Origin: Candidatus Eiseniibacteriota bacterium
GTDB taxonomy: Bacteria; Eisenbacteria; RBG-16-71-46; JABDJR01; JAWXBZ01
Direction: 5' to 3'
NCBI GenBank assembly: GCA_034440375.1
Contig: JAWXBZ010000229.1
Coordinates: 1 to 28,762 of the forward strand
Length of the DNA stretch: 28,762 bases
Positions 9,353-17,998 of the stretch are shown in pieces. The notes beneath the pieces were generated by a model. That model searched no databases and had not been told where the DNA came from. It was given only the letters and a program-made list of their open reading frames with translations. Within the stretch, counting starts at the first letter, position 1. Every line of letters starts with the position of its first letter. The position numbers were made by a program, and so were the translations under genes.

Positions 9353-10750
9353 ATGCCCAGTGTTGAGAACCCGATCCGACCACGCCTGCTCATGGTCGAT
9401 GATGATGCGTCGTTGCTTTCGCAGCTGACCTGGGGACTGCGCGATTTGTTCGAGGTCACCACGGCCAGCACCGTTGAATCGGCCCTCGAGCGGGTCAAGA
9501 TCGACAAGCCGGCCATCATCACGCTGGACCTGGCCCTGTCCGAAGGGGGGCAGACCGATGAAGGGTTCGCCCTCCTGGATGAGATGCTCGGCATGGACCG
9601 TTCACTCAAGATAATCCTCATTACCGGCAACGACACCCGTGAGAACGCGCTCAAAGCCATCGATCGTGGCGCCTTCGACTTTTTCTCCAAGCCGATCGAG
9701 CTGGAGGAACTCAAGATACTCCTCCGGCGTGCCGCACAACTCCGCGCGCTCGAGGAGGAAAACGCCCGATTGCATGAGCACCTGCGCGCTTCCGGCGGCA
9801 TGGGAGGCATCCAGGGGTCCAGTGAGGAAATCCAGCGCGTCTTCCAGATGATTCGTCGCGTGGCCACGACCGACGTCACCGTGCTCGTCACCGGCGAGAG
9901 CGGGACCGGCAAGGAACTGGTGGCCCGCGAGATCCACCGCCAGAGCCACCGGGCCGAACGTCCGTTCATCTCCATCGCCTGTGGTGCCATCCCCGAAACA
10001 CTGCTTGAGACGGAACTCTTCGGTCACGAGAAGGGGTCGTTCACCGGCGCACATGTCACCCGCGAGGGGAAGCTGGAGATGGCCAACGGAGGCACCGTCT
10101 TCCTGGACGAGATCGGAGAGCTGCCGCTCAGTCTTCAGGTAAAGCTCCTCCGCTTCCTGCAGGAAAGGGAAATTGAGCGGGTGGGGGGCCGGCGGGTCAT
10201 TCCTCTGGATGTGCGCATTCTGGCCGCCACCAATCGCGACTTGCGACGCGAGATTGAACGAGGGGCGTTTCGCGAGGATCTTTTTTTCCGCCTGTCCGTT
10301 GTCAACGTGGCGCTGCCGCCGCTCCGTGATCGGCGCGATGACGTCCTGTTTCTGGCCCGTCATTTTCTGAACCGGTACGGACAGGAGTTTCGACGGGGGC
10401 CGCTTCACTTCAGCCGTGAGTCGCTTCGGGTCATGCAACGCTACGAATGGCCGGGAAATATCCGCGAACTGGAACACAAGGTGCAGCGCGCCGTGGTCAT
10501 GTCAACCGGGCGAACTGTGAGGCCGGCCGATCTCGATCTGGCGGCGGCCCCGACGACCTCCGTGGCGCCACTCAAACTGGTGCGCGAGCAGGCCGAACAG
10601 CAGCTCCTGGTCGATTCACTGAAACGAAACTGCGGCAACATCACCCGATCGGCCCGCGAACTGGCGGTCAGCCGTCCGACTTATCATGACCTGCTCAAGA
10701 AGTACCAGATTCGCGCCGGCGACTATAAGAATGGCCAAGGGCCGGAGTGA
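9353..10750 (+). CDS. prsR: Sigma-54-dependent response regulator (PrsR-like, NtrC family)
   Basis: Receiver domain (MVDDD, TLDLAL, FFSKP), AAA+ [36 protein letters not shown] and C-terminal HTH ([15 protein letters not shown]). GAGGAG RBS; adjacent to prsK. Confidence 0.88.
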   Translation: MPSVENPIRPRLLMVDDDASLLSQLTWGLRDLFEVTTASTVESALERVKIDKPAIITLDLALSEGGQTDEGFALLDEMLGMDRSLKIILITGNDTRENALKAIDRGAFDFFSKPIELEELKILLRRAAQLRALEEENARLHEHLRASGGMGGIQGSSEEIQRVFQMIRRVATTDVTVLVTGESGTGKELVAREIHRQSHRAERPFISIACGAIPETLLETELFGHEKGSFTGAHVTREGKLEMANGGTVFLDEIGELPLSLQVKLLRFLQEREIERVGGRRVIPLDVRILAATNRDLRREIERGAFREDLFFRLSVVNVALPPLRDRRDDVLFLARHFLNRYGQEFRRGPLHFSRESLRVMQRYEWPGNIRELEHKVQRAVVMSTGRTVRPADLDLAAAPTTSVAPLKLVREQAEQQLLVDSLKRNCGNITRSARELAVSRPTYHDLLKKYQIRAGDYKNGQGPE

Positions 10751-11643
10751 ATCGATTCTGGTCGCCCCATTTGATCGAAACGCTTGACCTCGATCCGTGG
10801 ACGCTCCATGCCGTTGCCGATGCCCGGTTCCAGGCAGACGGCGGAGTAGCCTTTTCCATGGTGCCCCGTTCCCTCTGGGAGCGGGAGGTGCAGGTCATCG
10901 AAGGGGATTCGATTCCGCTCCGGGTGGGTGTCCTCCTGCTCGAGCGCCCCGGCATCCGGCTGGTGATTGACACTGGATTCGGCGCCCCGGCGGTGCCTCG
11001 AAACATCAGCGGGTTTTTCGGCGGGCTGTCGGCCACCGGCGGACTCGATCGGGCGCTCGATCTGCTCGGATGGGAAGCCGGGTCGATCACCCATCTGATC
11101 CTGACCCACCTGCACGTCGATCACGCAGGGGGCGTCTTCACGCAGCAGAATCGTCCCCGATTTCCTGTGGCCGATGTCATCGTCTCGGCGCGTGAGTTGA
11201 GTTATGCGCTCGATCCGCACCCCCTGCGCGGGCCGGTTTACGACGGCCGCGCCGCGCGCCTCCTGGCCTCTTCCGACCGGCTGAGGACGGTGGGGCACCT
11301 CCCGGAATTGATTCTTCCCGGCGTCGAAGTTCGGCTGCTGGGCGGCCATAGTCCCGGGCAGCTTGGTGTCGTTATTCACGGGGCATCGCAGTCTCTCCTG
11401 GTCCCGGGCGATGTGCTGCCGACACGCGCCCACCGCCGCCCCCGGTGGGTTCTTTCGTATGACCAGGATCCGTCGCGGGTTTACGAGATACGCCGCTCGC
11501 TGGTTCAGCGCGCCCGGGCGCTCTCGTGGCTGGTCCACTTCGGCCATGACCCGCTGGTGGCCTTCGGCCGCGTTCGGCCCGGCGGTGACGTCGAGGTGGT
11601 GCCGACCACCGGCCGGGGCCTGGCCGATCCGAACGGGGTGTAG
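10747..11643 (+). CDS. MBL-fold metallo-hydrolase (YtnP-like)
   Basis: DGG..F..VP..LW, IDTG, THLHVDHAGG (HxHxDH), GHSPG, GD and FGHDP motifs. GTGA overlap with the prsR stop. Confidence 0.85.
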   Translation: MNRFWSPHLIETLDLDPWTLHAVADARFQADGGVAFSMVPRSLWEREVQVIEGDSIPLRVGVLLLERPGIRLVIDTGFGAPAVPRNISGFFGGLSATGGLDRALDLLGWEAGSITHLILTHLHVDHAGGVFTQQNRPRFPVADVIVSARELSYALDPHPLRGPVYDGRAARLLASSDRLRTVGHLPELILPGVEVRLLGGHSPGQLGVVIHGASQSLLVPGDVLPTRAHRRPRWVLSYDQDPSRVYEIRRSLVQRARALSWLVHFGHDPLVAFGRVRPGGDVEVVPTTGRGLADPNGV

Positions 11644-11675
11644 GGGGTCGAACCACCCCGGCGTTCGCCCTTTTA
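11630..11675. terminator. Possible hairpin terminator between convergent genes
   Basis: CGGGGTG (11634-40) pairs with CACCCCG (11654-60), extendable via GAAC/GTTC, followed by CCCTTTT. Confidence 0.3.
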
Positions 11676-12428
11676 TCCGTGACCGGTCATTCCGGCGAAC
11701 ATCTCGCCGATCATCGCCCCGCCGACCGAGAATCCGAGGCCGATCAGAAAGAGAATGGTCACCATCGTCCACGACTTGGCCGGCGAGACCCGTGCCAGCC
11801 GGACCATTCCCATGGCCAGGACGGCCAGGATTGCGATGGTGAAGATGTCGAACGAATTGAGAAACGCATAGATCACCGACCGCGGGTTGGGGTCGGGGGA
11901 CAGGAGGGCGAGACTGGTGGCCACCTGGGCGGAGCCCTTGGCCAGGATCAGCGGAATCTTGACCAGACCGGCCGCCAGGAAGAGAACCGAGACGTGAGTC
12001 ACCGCCGCGAAGGCCTGGCGAAACGTCAATTCGGCTCCCGACCCGAAGGCATAAAGAAGCCAGACCAGGAAACCCCACAGGAGGAGCATCAGCGGCGCAA
12101 TCAGGAGGCTGCCGACCAGCGCGGAAACCATGAACATCGGACCTTCCATGAACGCCCGTTGCTGATCGATGACCTCTTCCTGCTTCTCGGCGGGGATGTT
12201 GTCATTTCCCTCGATCTGCTCGACCATCTGGCTGACCGCTTCGCGCTGGATCACCGAATGGATCGGCAGATAGCTGAGGGCGCCGACCAGCGTGAAGAAA
12301 AGGAGCATGTCCAGGAAGGCCGGACGGGCCCGCAGCGACTCGAAGACTTTGACAGGGGAGGAAAACATGCCGATCAATCGCTGCCCGAACGACAGGGGCT
12401 CTGCCGGGAGATCCATCCGTTCATCCAT
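11673..12428 (-). CDS. Yip1 family membrane protein
   Basis: RLIGMFSSPVKVFESL N-terminus, about 5 TM segments, FRQAF, and DIF.I...(..)L.MG pattern of bacterial YIP1 proteins. GAGGAGG RBS on the minus strand. Confidence 0.8.
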   Translation of the reverse strand: MDERMDLPAEPLSFGQRLIGMFSSPVKVFESLRARPAFLDMLLFFTLVGALSYLPIHSVIQREAVSQMVEQIEGNDNIPAEKQEEVIDQQRAFMEGPMFMVSALVGSLLIAPLMLLLWGFLVWLLYAFGSGAELTFRQAFAAVTHVSVLFLAAGLVKIPLILAKGSAQVATSLALLSPDPNPRSVIYAFLNSFDIFTIAILAVLAMGMVRLARVSPAKSWTMVTILFLIGLGFSVGGAMIGEMFAGMTGHG

Positions 12429-12475
12429 GAGATCAATTCCTCCTCGTCATCCACAGGGTCCGAATCTCGGGCAGC

Positions 12476-12484
12476 ACTATAGCA
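12476..12484 (-). promoter_or_regulatory. Extended -10 promoter element for yip1
   Basis: The minus strand reads TGCTATAGT (TGn-TATAGT) about 50 nt upstream of the yip1 ATG. No good -35. Confidence 0.45.
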
Positions 12485-12524
12485 GGCGGCCCGAAGGACG
12501 CACGAACCCGGAGAATGCCGCATC

Positions 12525-14093
12525 GTGACCGCGCGAATCGTTTTCCAGGGCGGCCCGATCCGGACAATGGATCCAGCCATGCCGGAAGCCTCGGCCGTGA
12601 CGATTGAAGGGAGTCAGATCACCCGGGTGCAGGCTCCGGGGGCGCCGCCTCCAACTCTCCGGCCCGACGACCGCCTCATCGATCTCAGAGGTCGGACGCT
12701 CCTGCCGGGCCTGGTCGATGCGCACACCCACCTCATGCATTGGGGATTCCGGTTTCTACGGCCCGGGTTGGGTGGCGCCGCGAACCGGGCCGAGGTTCTT
12801 GATCGGATTCGCGAGGCCCACCGGAACCTCCCGCCGGGCCGGCTACTCCTCGGTGAGGGGTGGGACGAGTCGGGTTGGCCCGACCCGGGCTTTCCGACGC
12901 GGCAGGAATTGGATGCGATCGATGCCGGGCGCCCGATGGTGATCCGAAGGATTTGCGGTCACATGGCGGTGGCGAACAGCGCCGCCCTGGTCCACTTTCC
13001 AGCCGGGCCCGATGTCGATCCGACAAGCGGCTTCCTGTTGGAAGAGGCATCGATGGGGATCGCCCGGATATTTCCCCCGAATGCGGATGAACTGGACCAG
13101 GCCCTGGAAGCGGCTGAGCGGAGCTACCTGTCGATGGGAGTGACCCAGGTGCATGACATGTGCCTGCCCGATCACCTCCGATCTTTCGAACGGGCCGGTA
13201 CGGATGGCCGCCTCCGATTGTCCATCGCGGCCATCCTGCCGCGGCAGGAACTCGACTTCCTGGTGGATAGCGGCCTCGGCGCGGGGTGGCACAAGGGGTC
13301 GGTTCGTCTGCGCGGCGTCAAGTTCTTCAGCGACGGCTCACTCGGTGCCAGGACGGCGGCGCTGAACTCGGCGTATGCCGATCGCCCCGGGGAAGCCGGA
13401 GCGCTCCTGCTTGATTCCGACGCCCTGGCGAGGGACATTGCCCGGGCCGACGGGGCCGGCATTCCACTGGCCATTCATGCCATCGGCGACCGCGCCGTGG
13501 CCATGGTAATCGCCGCTTTCGAGCGGGGTCTTTCGGGAAGATCCAGCCGGGTCGGCCACCGGATCGAGCATCTCGAGATGGTCAACGCGGCGGAACTGGA
13601 GCGGGTGGCCCGCCTCGGTCTCGAGGCGAGCATGCAACCGAATTTTGTCGGCAACTGGGGGCTGCCCGGGGGGCTGTACGAACAGCGGCTGGGCGTGGAA
13701 CGCACCGCCCGAATGAACCCGATGTCACGAGTGCTGGCAGCGGGCGTTCGCCTTGTTGTCGGATCAGACGGCATGCCGGCGGGCGTACTGCCTGGCCTGG
13801 CGGACGCGGTAGCGGCGCCGCACGCGGCCCAGCGGCTGATGGTTGACCAGGCATTGGCCGCGGCCACCCGTGAGGCGGCCCATTCCGGTGGCTTTCCCGA
13901 CCGTGGAATTCTTCGCGCCGGAAACTGCGCGGATCTCCTGGTTCTCTCGGGCTGCCCGCCCGGATCCGCGATCGGTCACGAGGCCGCCGAAGAGCTGCGC
14001 AGGGCGCGCGTCGAGATGGTACTGACCGGCGGCCAGGTGGCTTTCGAATCCCTTGAGATGAATCCGGCAACCGCAAGGGGTGGCAAAGGTTGA
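12525..14093 (+). CDS. Amidohydrolase family 3 (YtcJ-like)
   Basis: DLRGRTLLPGLVDAHTH, GHMAVANSAAL, VKFFSDGSLGARTAAL, HAIGD, HRIEH, GSD and ADLLVL motifs. GTG start with GGAG upstream. Confidence 0.9.
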   Translation: MTARIVFQGGPIRTMDPAMPEASAVTIEGSQITRVQAPGAPPPTLRPDDRLIDLRGRTLLPGLVDAHTHLMHWGFRFLRPGLGGAANRAEVLDRIREAHRNLPPGRLLLGEGWDESGWPDPGFPTRQELDAIDAGRPMVIRRICGHMAVANSAALVHFPAGPDVDPTSGFLLEEASMGIARIFPPNADELDQALEAAERSYLSMGVTQVHDMCLPDHLRSFERAGTDGRLRLSIAAILPRQELDFLVDSGLGAGWHKGSVRLRGVKFFSDGSLGARTAALNSAYADRPGEAGALLLDSDALARDIARADGAGIPLAIHAIGDRAVAMVIAAFERGLSGRSSRVGHRIEHLEMVNAAELERVARLGLEASMQPNFVGNWGLPGGLYEQRLGVERTARMNPMSRVLAAGVRLVVGSDGMPAGVLPGLADAVAAPHAAQRLMVDQALAAATREAAHSGGFPDRGILRAGNCADLLVLSGCPPGSAIGHEAAEELRRARVEMVLTGGQVAFESLEMNPATARGGKG

Positions 14094-14118
14094 CACGCTT
14101 CGTGTCCGATGATAGCGT
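14090..14118 (+). promoter_or_regulatory. Sigma-70-type promoter for the OM barrel operon
   Basis: TTGACA (14090-95), 17-bp spacer, TAGCGT (14113-18) with extended TG at 14110-11. Overlapped by the inverted repeat GACACG-CTT-CGTGTC (14092-14106). Confidence 0.65.
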
Positions 14119-14295
14119 CCCGGCCATTCTTCTGGCGGATCGCAGTCGGCTCCGGGCCGGCAATCCCTCACCGGCGGCCCCGGATGAAATACCCGCTCCC
14201 GGGGTGTCCGGGGCGGGTTCACGGCCTTCTGAACCCTGTAGGCACCGCAATCGACTACCGGCTCCTGACTGGTGCCCGGCCCGAGGAGAACCGAA

Positions 14296-15234
14296 ATGGT
14301 GAGATGCCTGACGCTGACCCGGACCCGATGGATTCGTGGCCTCGCTCTCATGGTGCTGGGATTGCCGGTCATGGCATCCGCCCAGATCGTCGATGAGGAA
14401 GACGTCGGACGATTCACACTCGGCGCCACGGTCGGTTACGCCGGAAATTCGATGGGCCGTTTCAATGAAAACATCGACGTGGTCAATTACTTCCTGACCA
14501 GCCAGGGCATCGCCCTGCGCGAGGCCAGCAGCTTCCGGGGGGGGGCGAGCGCCTGCGCGGAACTGCGCTACCGGTTGTCCGAGCGCTGGATCGTCGGCCT
14601 GGGCGTGGCCAACAGCGAATCGAAGAGCGCCTTCGACGTGACGCTCGGCGCCGTTGACTTCTACGCCCGTTCGACACTGTTCATCCCCTCGGTCTACTAC
14701 GTCCTGCCGTTCGTACAGAAGTCGGAGGCCTTCTCGGCCGTCGCCGACCGGATGAACATTTACATCGGTGCGGGGCCGGTGTTCTTCACCCGCGCCCGGG
14801 CCCACATGCAAATCATCGATCGCTCCAACGAGCCGGTCTTCAACATCGACGGCGATCTGGGTGAACTGGACGGCGCCGGGGATGTCGAGGGAACCGGCGT
14901 GGGGCTTCAGGGTCTGTTCGGGGTCTCCTACCAGCTGAGTTCGGCCCTGTCGCTGGCGGGCGAAGTCGGCTATCGACTCGGAAAGATCAGCGACCTCAAG
15001 ATCGTGAAGAAAGAGGGCTACGTCCGGGACGACACCGAGGACGACGAGAATCGCCGGGAGCCCGGGGATCAGGCGGTCATCGATTTCTTTGACCGCGAAG
15101 ATCGGGCGGATGGCCTCCCCGGGGATGATATCGAGGGGAATCACATTCCGTACTACTCCGATTACAACGACAAGCTCGACCTGGACTTCTCGGGGTTTCT
15201 GATCCAACTGGGATTTCGAATTCACCTCTTCTAG
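14296..15234 (+). CDS. Outer-membrane beta-barrel protein (about 8 strands) with long acidic loops
   Basis: GAGGAG RBS before ATG 14296, Sec signal ending ASA. Eight amphipathic strands (FTLGATVGY, AELRYRL, WIVGLGV, FIPSVYYVL, IYIGAGP, GLFGVSYQL, LAGEVGYR, LIQLGFRIHLF) and a terminal Phe BAM signal. Confidence 0.8.
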   Translation: MVRCLTLTRTRWIRGLALMVLGLPVMASAQIVDEEDVGRFTLGATVGYAGNSMGRFNENIDVVNYFLTSQGIALREASSFRGGASACAELRYRLSERWIVGLGVANSESKSAFDVTLGAVDFYARSTLFIPSVYYVLPFVQKSEAFSAVADRMNIYIGAGPVFFTRARAHMQIIDRSNEPVFNIDGDLGELDGAGDVEGTGVGLQGLFGVSYQLSSALSLAGEVGYRLGKISDLKIVKKEGYVRDDTEDDENRREPGDQAVIDFFDREDRADGLPGDDIEGNHIPYYSDYNDKLDLDFSGFLIQLGFRIHLF

Positions 15235-15240
15235 GACACG

Positions 15241-16044
15241 ATGACTGGACGACGCCCCGCTCAAACGCCCTTCTTCATGGTGGCACTTTGCCTTCTCGCA
15301 CTCTCGGCCTGCGGGAGGAAGAAGGAAGAGCCGGCCCCGGTCGTGGTGGAGAGCCGGCGGCCCGACCCGGGCGCCCCCCTGCCGGGCACGATCAGGGGGA
15401 CTGAACCGATGCCGGCCAGCGACAATCTCGAGTACCTGAAATCGCTTCCCGAAACCTCCGCCGTGGTCCATCTCAACATCGGCGACCTGTACCTGAAGCG
15501 GGGGAACCGCGCGGAGGCGATCCGGGAATACCAGCGCGCCATTGAACTCAAACCCCGCTATCCCGAGGCCATGAACAATCTCGGCCTGGCGTATCAACGC
15601 TCCGGCGATTCGCTGATGGCGGAGCGAAGCTTCAAGGACGCCATCTCCATCGACTCCCGGTTTTCGAAGGCGTATTCGAACCTGGGAACGCTTTATCTCC
15701 GACAGGGGAGGAACAAGGAGGGGTTGACCTGGCTGCAGCAGGCTGTCCGCAACGACTCGAACGACGCGATCGCCTGCTCGAACCTGGGACACGCCTATCG
15801 TCGGGCCAACGACGTCAACGGAGCGCTTCGCAGCTACCTCCGTGCCCTGACGATTGATCCGAGCCGCGCGGTCGACCATTTCCATATTGGCACCATCTAT
15901 TTTGACAAGATGCTGTGGGATGACTCCTACGAGCGTTATCGCATGGCTTATGAACTCGACTCGACCCTGGTGCAGGCCAGGGAGCAGATGGAAGTGATGG
16001 TAAAAACCGATGTGCTGCAGCGAAACAAACCGAAATCGAACTGA
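15241..16044 (+). CDS. Tetratricopeptide-repeat lipoprotein
   Basis: Lipobox LSAC, Pro-rich linker, about 5 TPRs (NIG.LY...G...EA..EY..A, NNLG.AY, SNLG.LY, SNLG.AY, HIG.IY). Confidence 0.85.
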   Translation: MTGRRPAQTPFFMVALCLLALSACGRKKEEPAPVVVESRRPDPGAPLPGTIRGTEPMPASDNLEYLKSLPETSAVVHLNIGDLYLKRGNRAEAIREYQRAIELKPRYPEAMNNLGLAYQRSGDSLMAERSFKDAISIDSRFSKAYSNLGTLYLRQGRNKEGLTWLQQAVRNDSNDAIACSNLGHAYRRANDVNGALRSYLRALTIDPSRAVDHFHIGTIYFDKMLWDDSYERYRMAYELDSTLVQAREQMEVMVKTDVLQRNKPKSN

Positions 16045-17998
16045 GCCGGGGCAGATACCGCCGAACCACCCCCGCCGATGGTGGGCGGTGGTTTTTTCTT
16101 TCCACGTTTTCACGGCCATTCTGGCCGGTTGGACCGGACCCGGCCGGGCCGTGGAAACCGGGGCGTCCGTCGAGGAGGCCCGGCCGCCCGTGGCCTGGGA
16201 CGACCGCCGTTTTCTCGCCGTGGAGGACATCCGCCCTGGAATGACCGGTTACGGCCTTACCGTCATCAGCGGTACGCGGATCGACACGTTCCATGTCGAA
16301 GTGATCGCCGTTCGCCGGAATTTCTTTCCGCAGTCTGATGTGATCCTGGCGCGTGGTTCCGGCGCCGGGATGGAACTGTCGGGTATCGTGGCGGGGATGA
16401 GCGGCAGCCCTGTCTATATCGACGGACGACTTGCAGGCGCGCTGGCCTACGGTTGGCCGTTCATGAGGGAGCCCATCATGGGGCTCACGCCGATCGGCGA
16501 GATGCTTGGTCTCTCGGCCGTCGAGGCGCGTCCCGCCGAACCCGCTTCGAGCCCGGCCACCGCGCGCCCCGAGCGCCGGGCCATCTGGCGCGAGCTCCTG
16601 CGGACGACGGCGCTGACCTCGCGCGAGCTGGTGTCCGGACTCCTGATGGGGGAGGCCGCCCCGCGGAGTGCCGATGGCGCCCGTGTCGTGGCCACACCTC
16701 TCTGGACTTCCGGTCTCGATCCGCGCGCGTCGGCGGAACTGGGCGAATGGCTGGCGCCCCATGGGGTCGTGCCGATGGCGGCGGGAGGCACCTCCCAGGC
16801 GGAGGGTGCCGCGCCCGGTGCCGAATCCCTCGTCCCCGGTGGATCGATCGGATTGCAGTTTGCCCGCGGCGATATCAGCCTGGCGGCCATCGGTACGGTG
16901 ACGATGCGCGAAGGAGATCGGGTCCTCGCCTTCGGCCACCCGATGTTTCAGCGTGGCCGCTCGCGCTACCCGATGGCCAGCGCGACGATCGAACTGGTCA
17001 TGCCAAGGCTCGACGACTCGTTCAAGCTCGGCTCGGCGCAACGCGCGGTTGGCACCGTCGACCTCGACCTCAAGAACGGGATCGGTGGGTCGGTGGGCAC
17101 ACCGCCCCCGATGATTCCGTTCCGACTGACGCTAAAGGACAACCTTCCCGGCGCGGAACGCATCTTCAATATTGAACTGATGGACGATGAACCGCTTCTG
17201 CCGGTGCTGGCGGCCATCTCCACCTTGAACTGCGCCATGGCCGCAGGGGCCGACGCCGACGTGGCAACTCTCGAATTGGAATCAACGATTCGGCTCGCCA
17301 ACGGTCGGGCCATCAATCAGCGCTACGTGTCGAGCGGTGTGAGCCCTTCCTTGAGCGCGGCGCTTTCGCTCCTGCGAAGCCTCGCGCTCCTGACGACGAA
17401 TCCGCTGGAGCGGGTGGGGGTGGCGGGACTCGATCTTCGAATGACCATCCGGCATGAGATTGAACAGGCCAATCTCACCGAAATCGTGCGGGCGGACGGT
17501 GCGGTGTACCCGGGCGGACAACTGGCCATCACGGCCCGACTCGACAACTGGCGCGGCGAATTGAATCGCGCGGATCTGGCGCTCGATCTTCCCGATGACC
17601 TGGAACCCGGGGAGTACCGGCTTAGGGTTTCCGCCGCGACCGACGATCGCCAGTGGGATCAGGCCCGGGCGCCCGGACGATGGGATCCGGCGGATCTCGA
17701 CAACCTCATCCGGCTGCTCGAATCCGAGGCGGCCGACGATGTCCTGGTCCTGACGCTGGTCAAGCGGGAGCCCGGAGTTACGGCCGCCGGCCGCGATCTG
17801 GGGCGGCTGCCGCCGTCTGTCCTGTCGGCGCTGGCCGCCGACGGTGTGTCCGGACCCTTTGCGCTGACCGATTCGCGTGTCGTGGCCCGCGTGGAAGTTC
17901 CGATGAACCGGGTGATCTCAGGATCTCAGGAGATGGCGGTGACGGTGACGGCAAACCCGCGCGCCGCCTCTGGCGGCAACCGATCGGGAGGAAATTGA
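16010..17998 (+). CDS. SpoIVB peptidase S55 domain-containing secreted protein (start uncertain: ATG 16010 or GTG 16088)
   Basis: GYGLTV..G..I.TF.VEVI, GIVAGMSGSPVYIDGRLAGA and IGTVT...G..VLAFGHP motifs. Hydrophobic N-terminal segment; no PDZ domain seen. Confidence 0.85.
   Translation: MCCSETNRNRTEPGQIPPNHPRRWWAVVFSFHVFTAILAGWTGPGRAVETGASVEEARPPVAWDDRRFLAVEDIRPGMTGYGLTVISGTRIDTFHVEVIAVRRNFFPQSDVILARGSGAGMELSGIVAGMSGSPVYIDGRLAGALAYGWPFMREPIMGLTPIGEMLGLSAVEARPAEPASSPATARPERRAIWRELLRTTALTSRELVSGLLMGEAAPRSADGARVVATPLWTSGLDPRASAELGEWLAPHGVVPMAAGGTSQAEGAAPGAESLVPGGSIGLQFARGDISLAAIGTVTMREGDRVLAFGHPMFQRGRSRYPMASATIELVMPRLDDSFKLGSAQRAVGTVDLDLKNGIGGSVGTPPPMIPFRLTLKDNLPGAERIFNIELMDDEPLLPVLAAISTLNCAMAAGADADVATLELESTIRLANGRAINQRYVSSGVSPSLSAALSLLRSLALLTTNPLERVGVAGLDLRMTIRHEIEQANLTEIVRADGAVYPGGQLAITARLDNWRGELNRADLALDLPDDLEPGEYRLRVSAATDDRQWDQARAPGRWDPADLDNLIRLLESEAADDVLVLTLVKREPGVTAAGRDLGRLPPSVLSALAADGVSGPFALTDSRVVARVEVPMNRVISGSQEMAVTVTANPRAASGGNRSGGN
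16064..16101 (+). terminator. Intrinsic terminator-like hairpin after the TPR gene
   Basis: AACCACC-CCC-GCC/GAT/GGT-GGG-C-GGTGGTT stem followed by TTTTCTTT, about 20 nt after the stop at 16044. Confidence 0.55.

Noticed and set aside
10030-10053. GSFTGA in place of GAFTGA in PrsR as a sign of sigma-54 independence
   Set aside because: GSFTGA is a common functional variant of the motif.
15241-16044. TPR lipoprotein as PrsT
   Set aside because: Much shorter than typical PrsT and separated from prsKR by an oppositely oriented gene and its own promoter.
11649-16072. Identical 11-mer CGAACCACCCC in two hairpin regions (11649 and 16062)
   Set aside because: Only two copies with no flanking similarity; an 11-mer repeat is expected by chance in 29 kb of GC-rich DNA.
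13582-16230. 882-aa minus-strand ORF and other long antisense ORFs (480-1982, 4426-5589, 10723-12078, 22332-23711, 23900-25279, 26887-28179)
   Set aside because: They overlap well-supported genes and show no recognisable motifs. Long stop-free shadow frames are expected from GC-rich codon usage.
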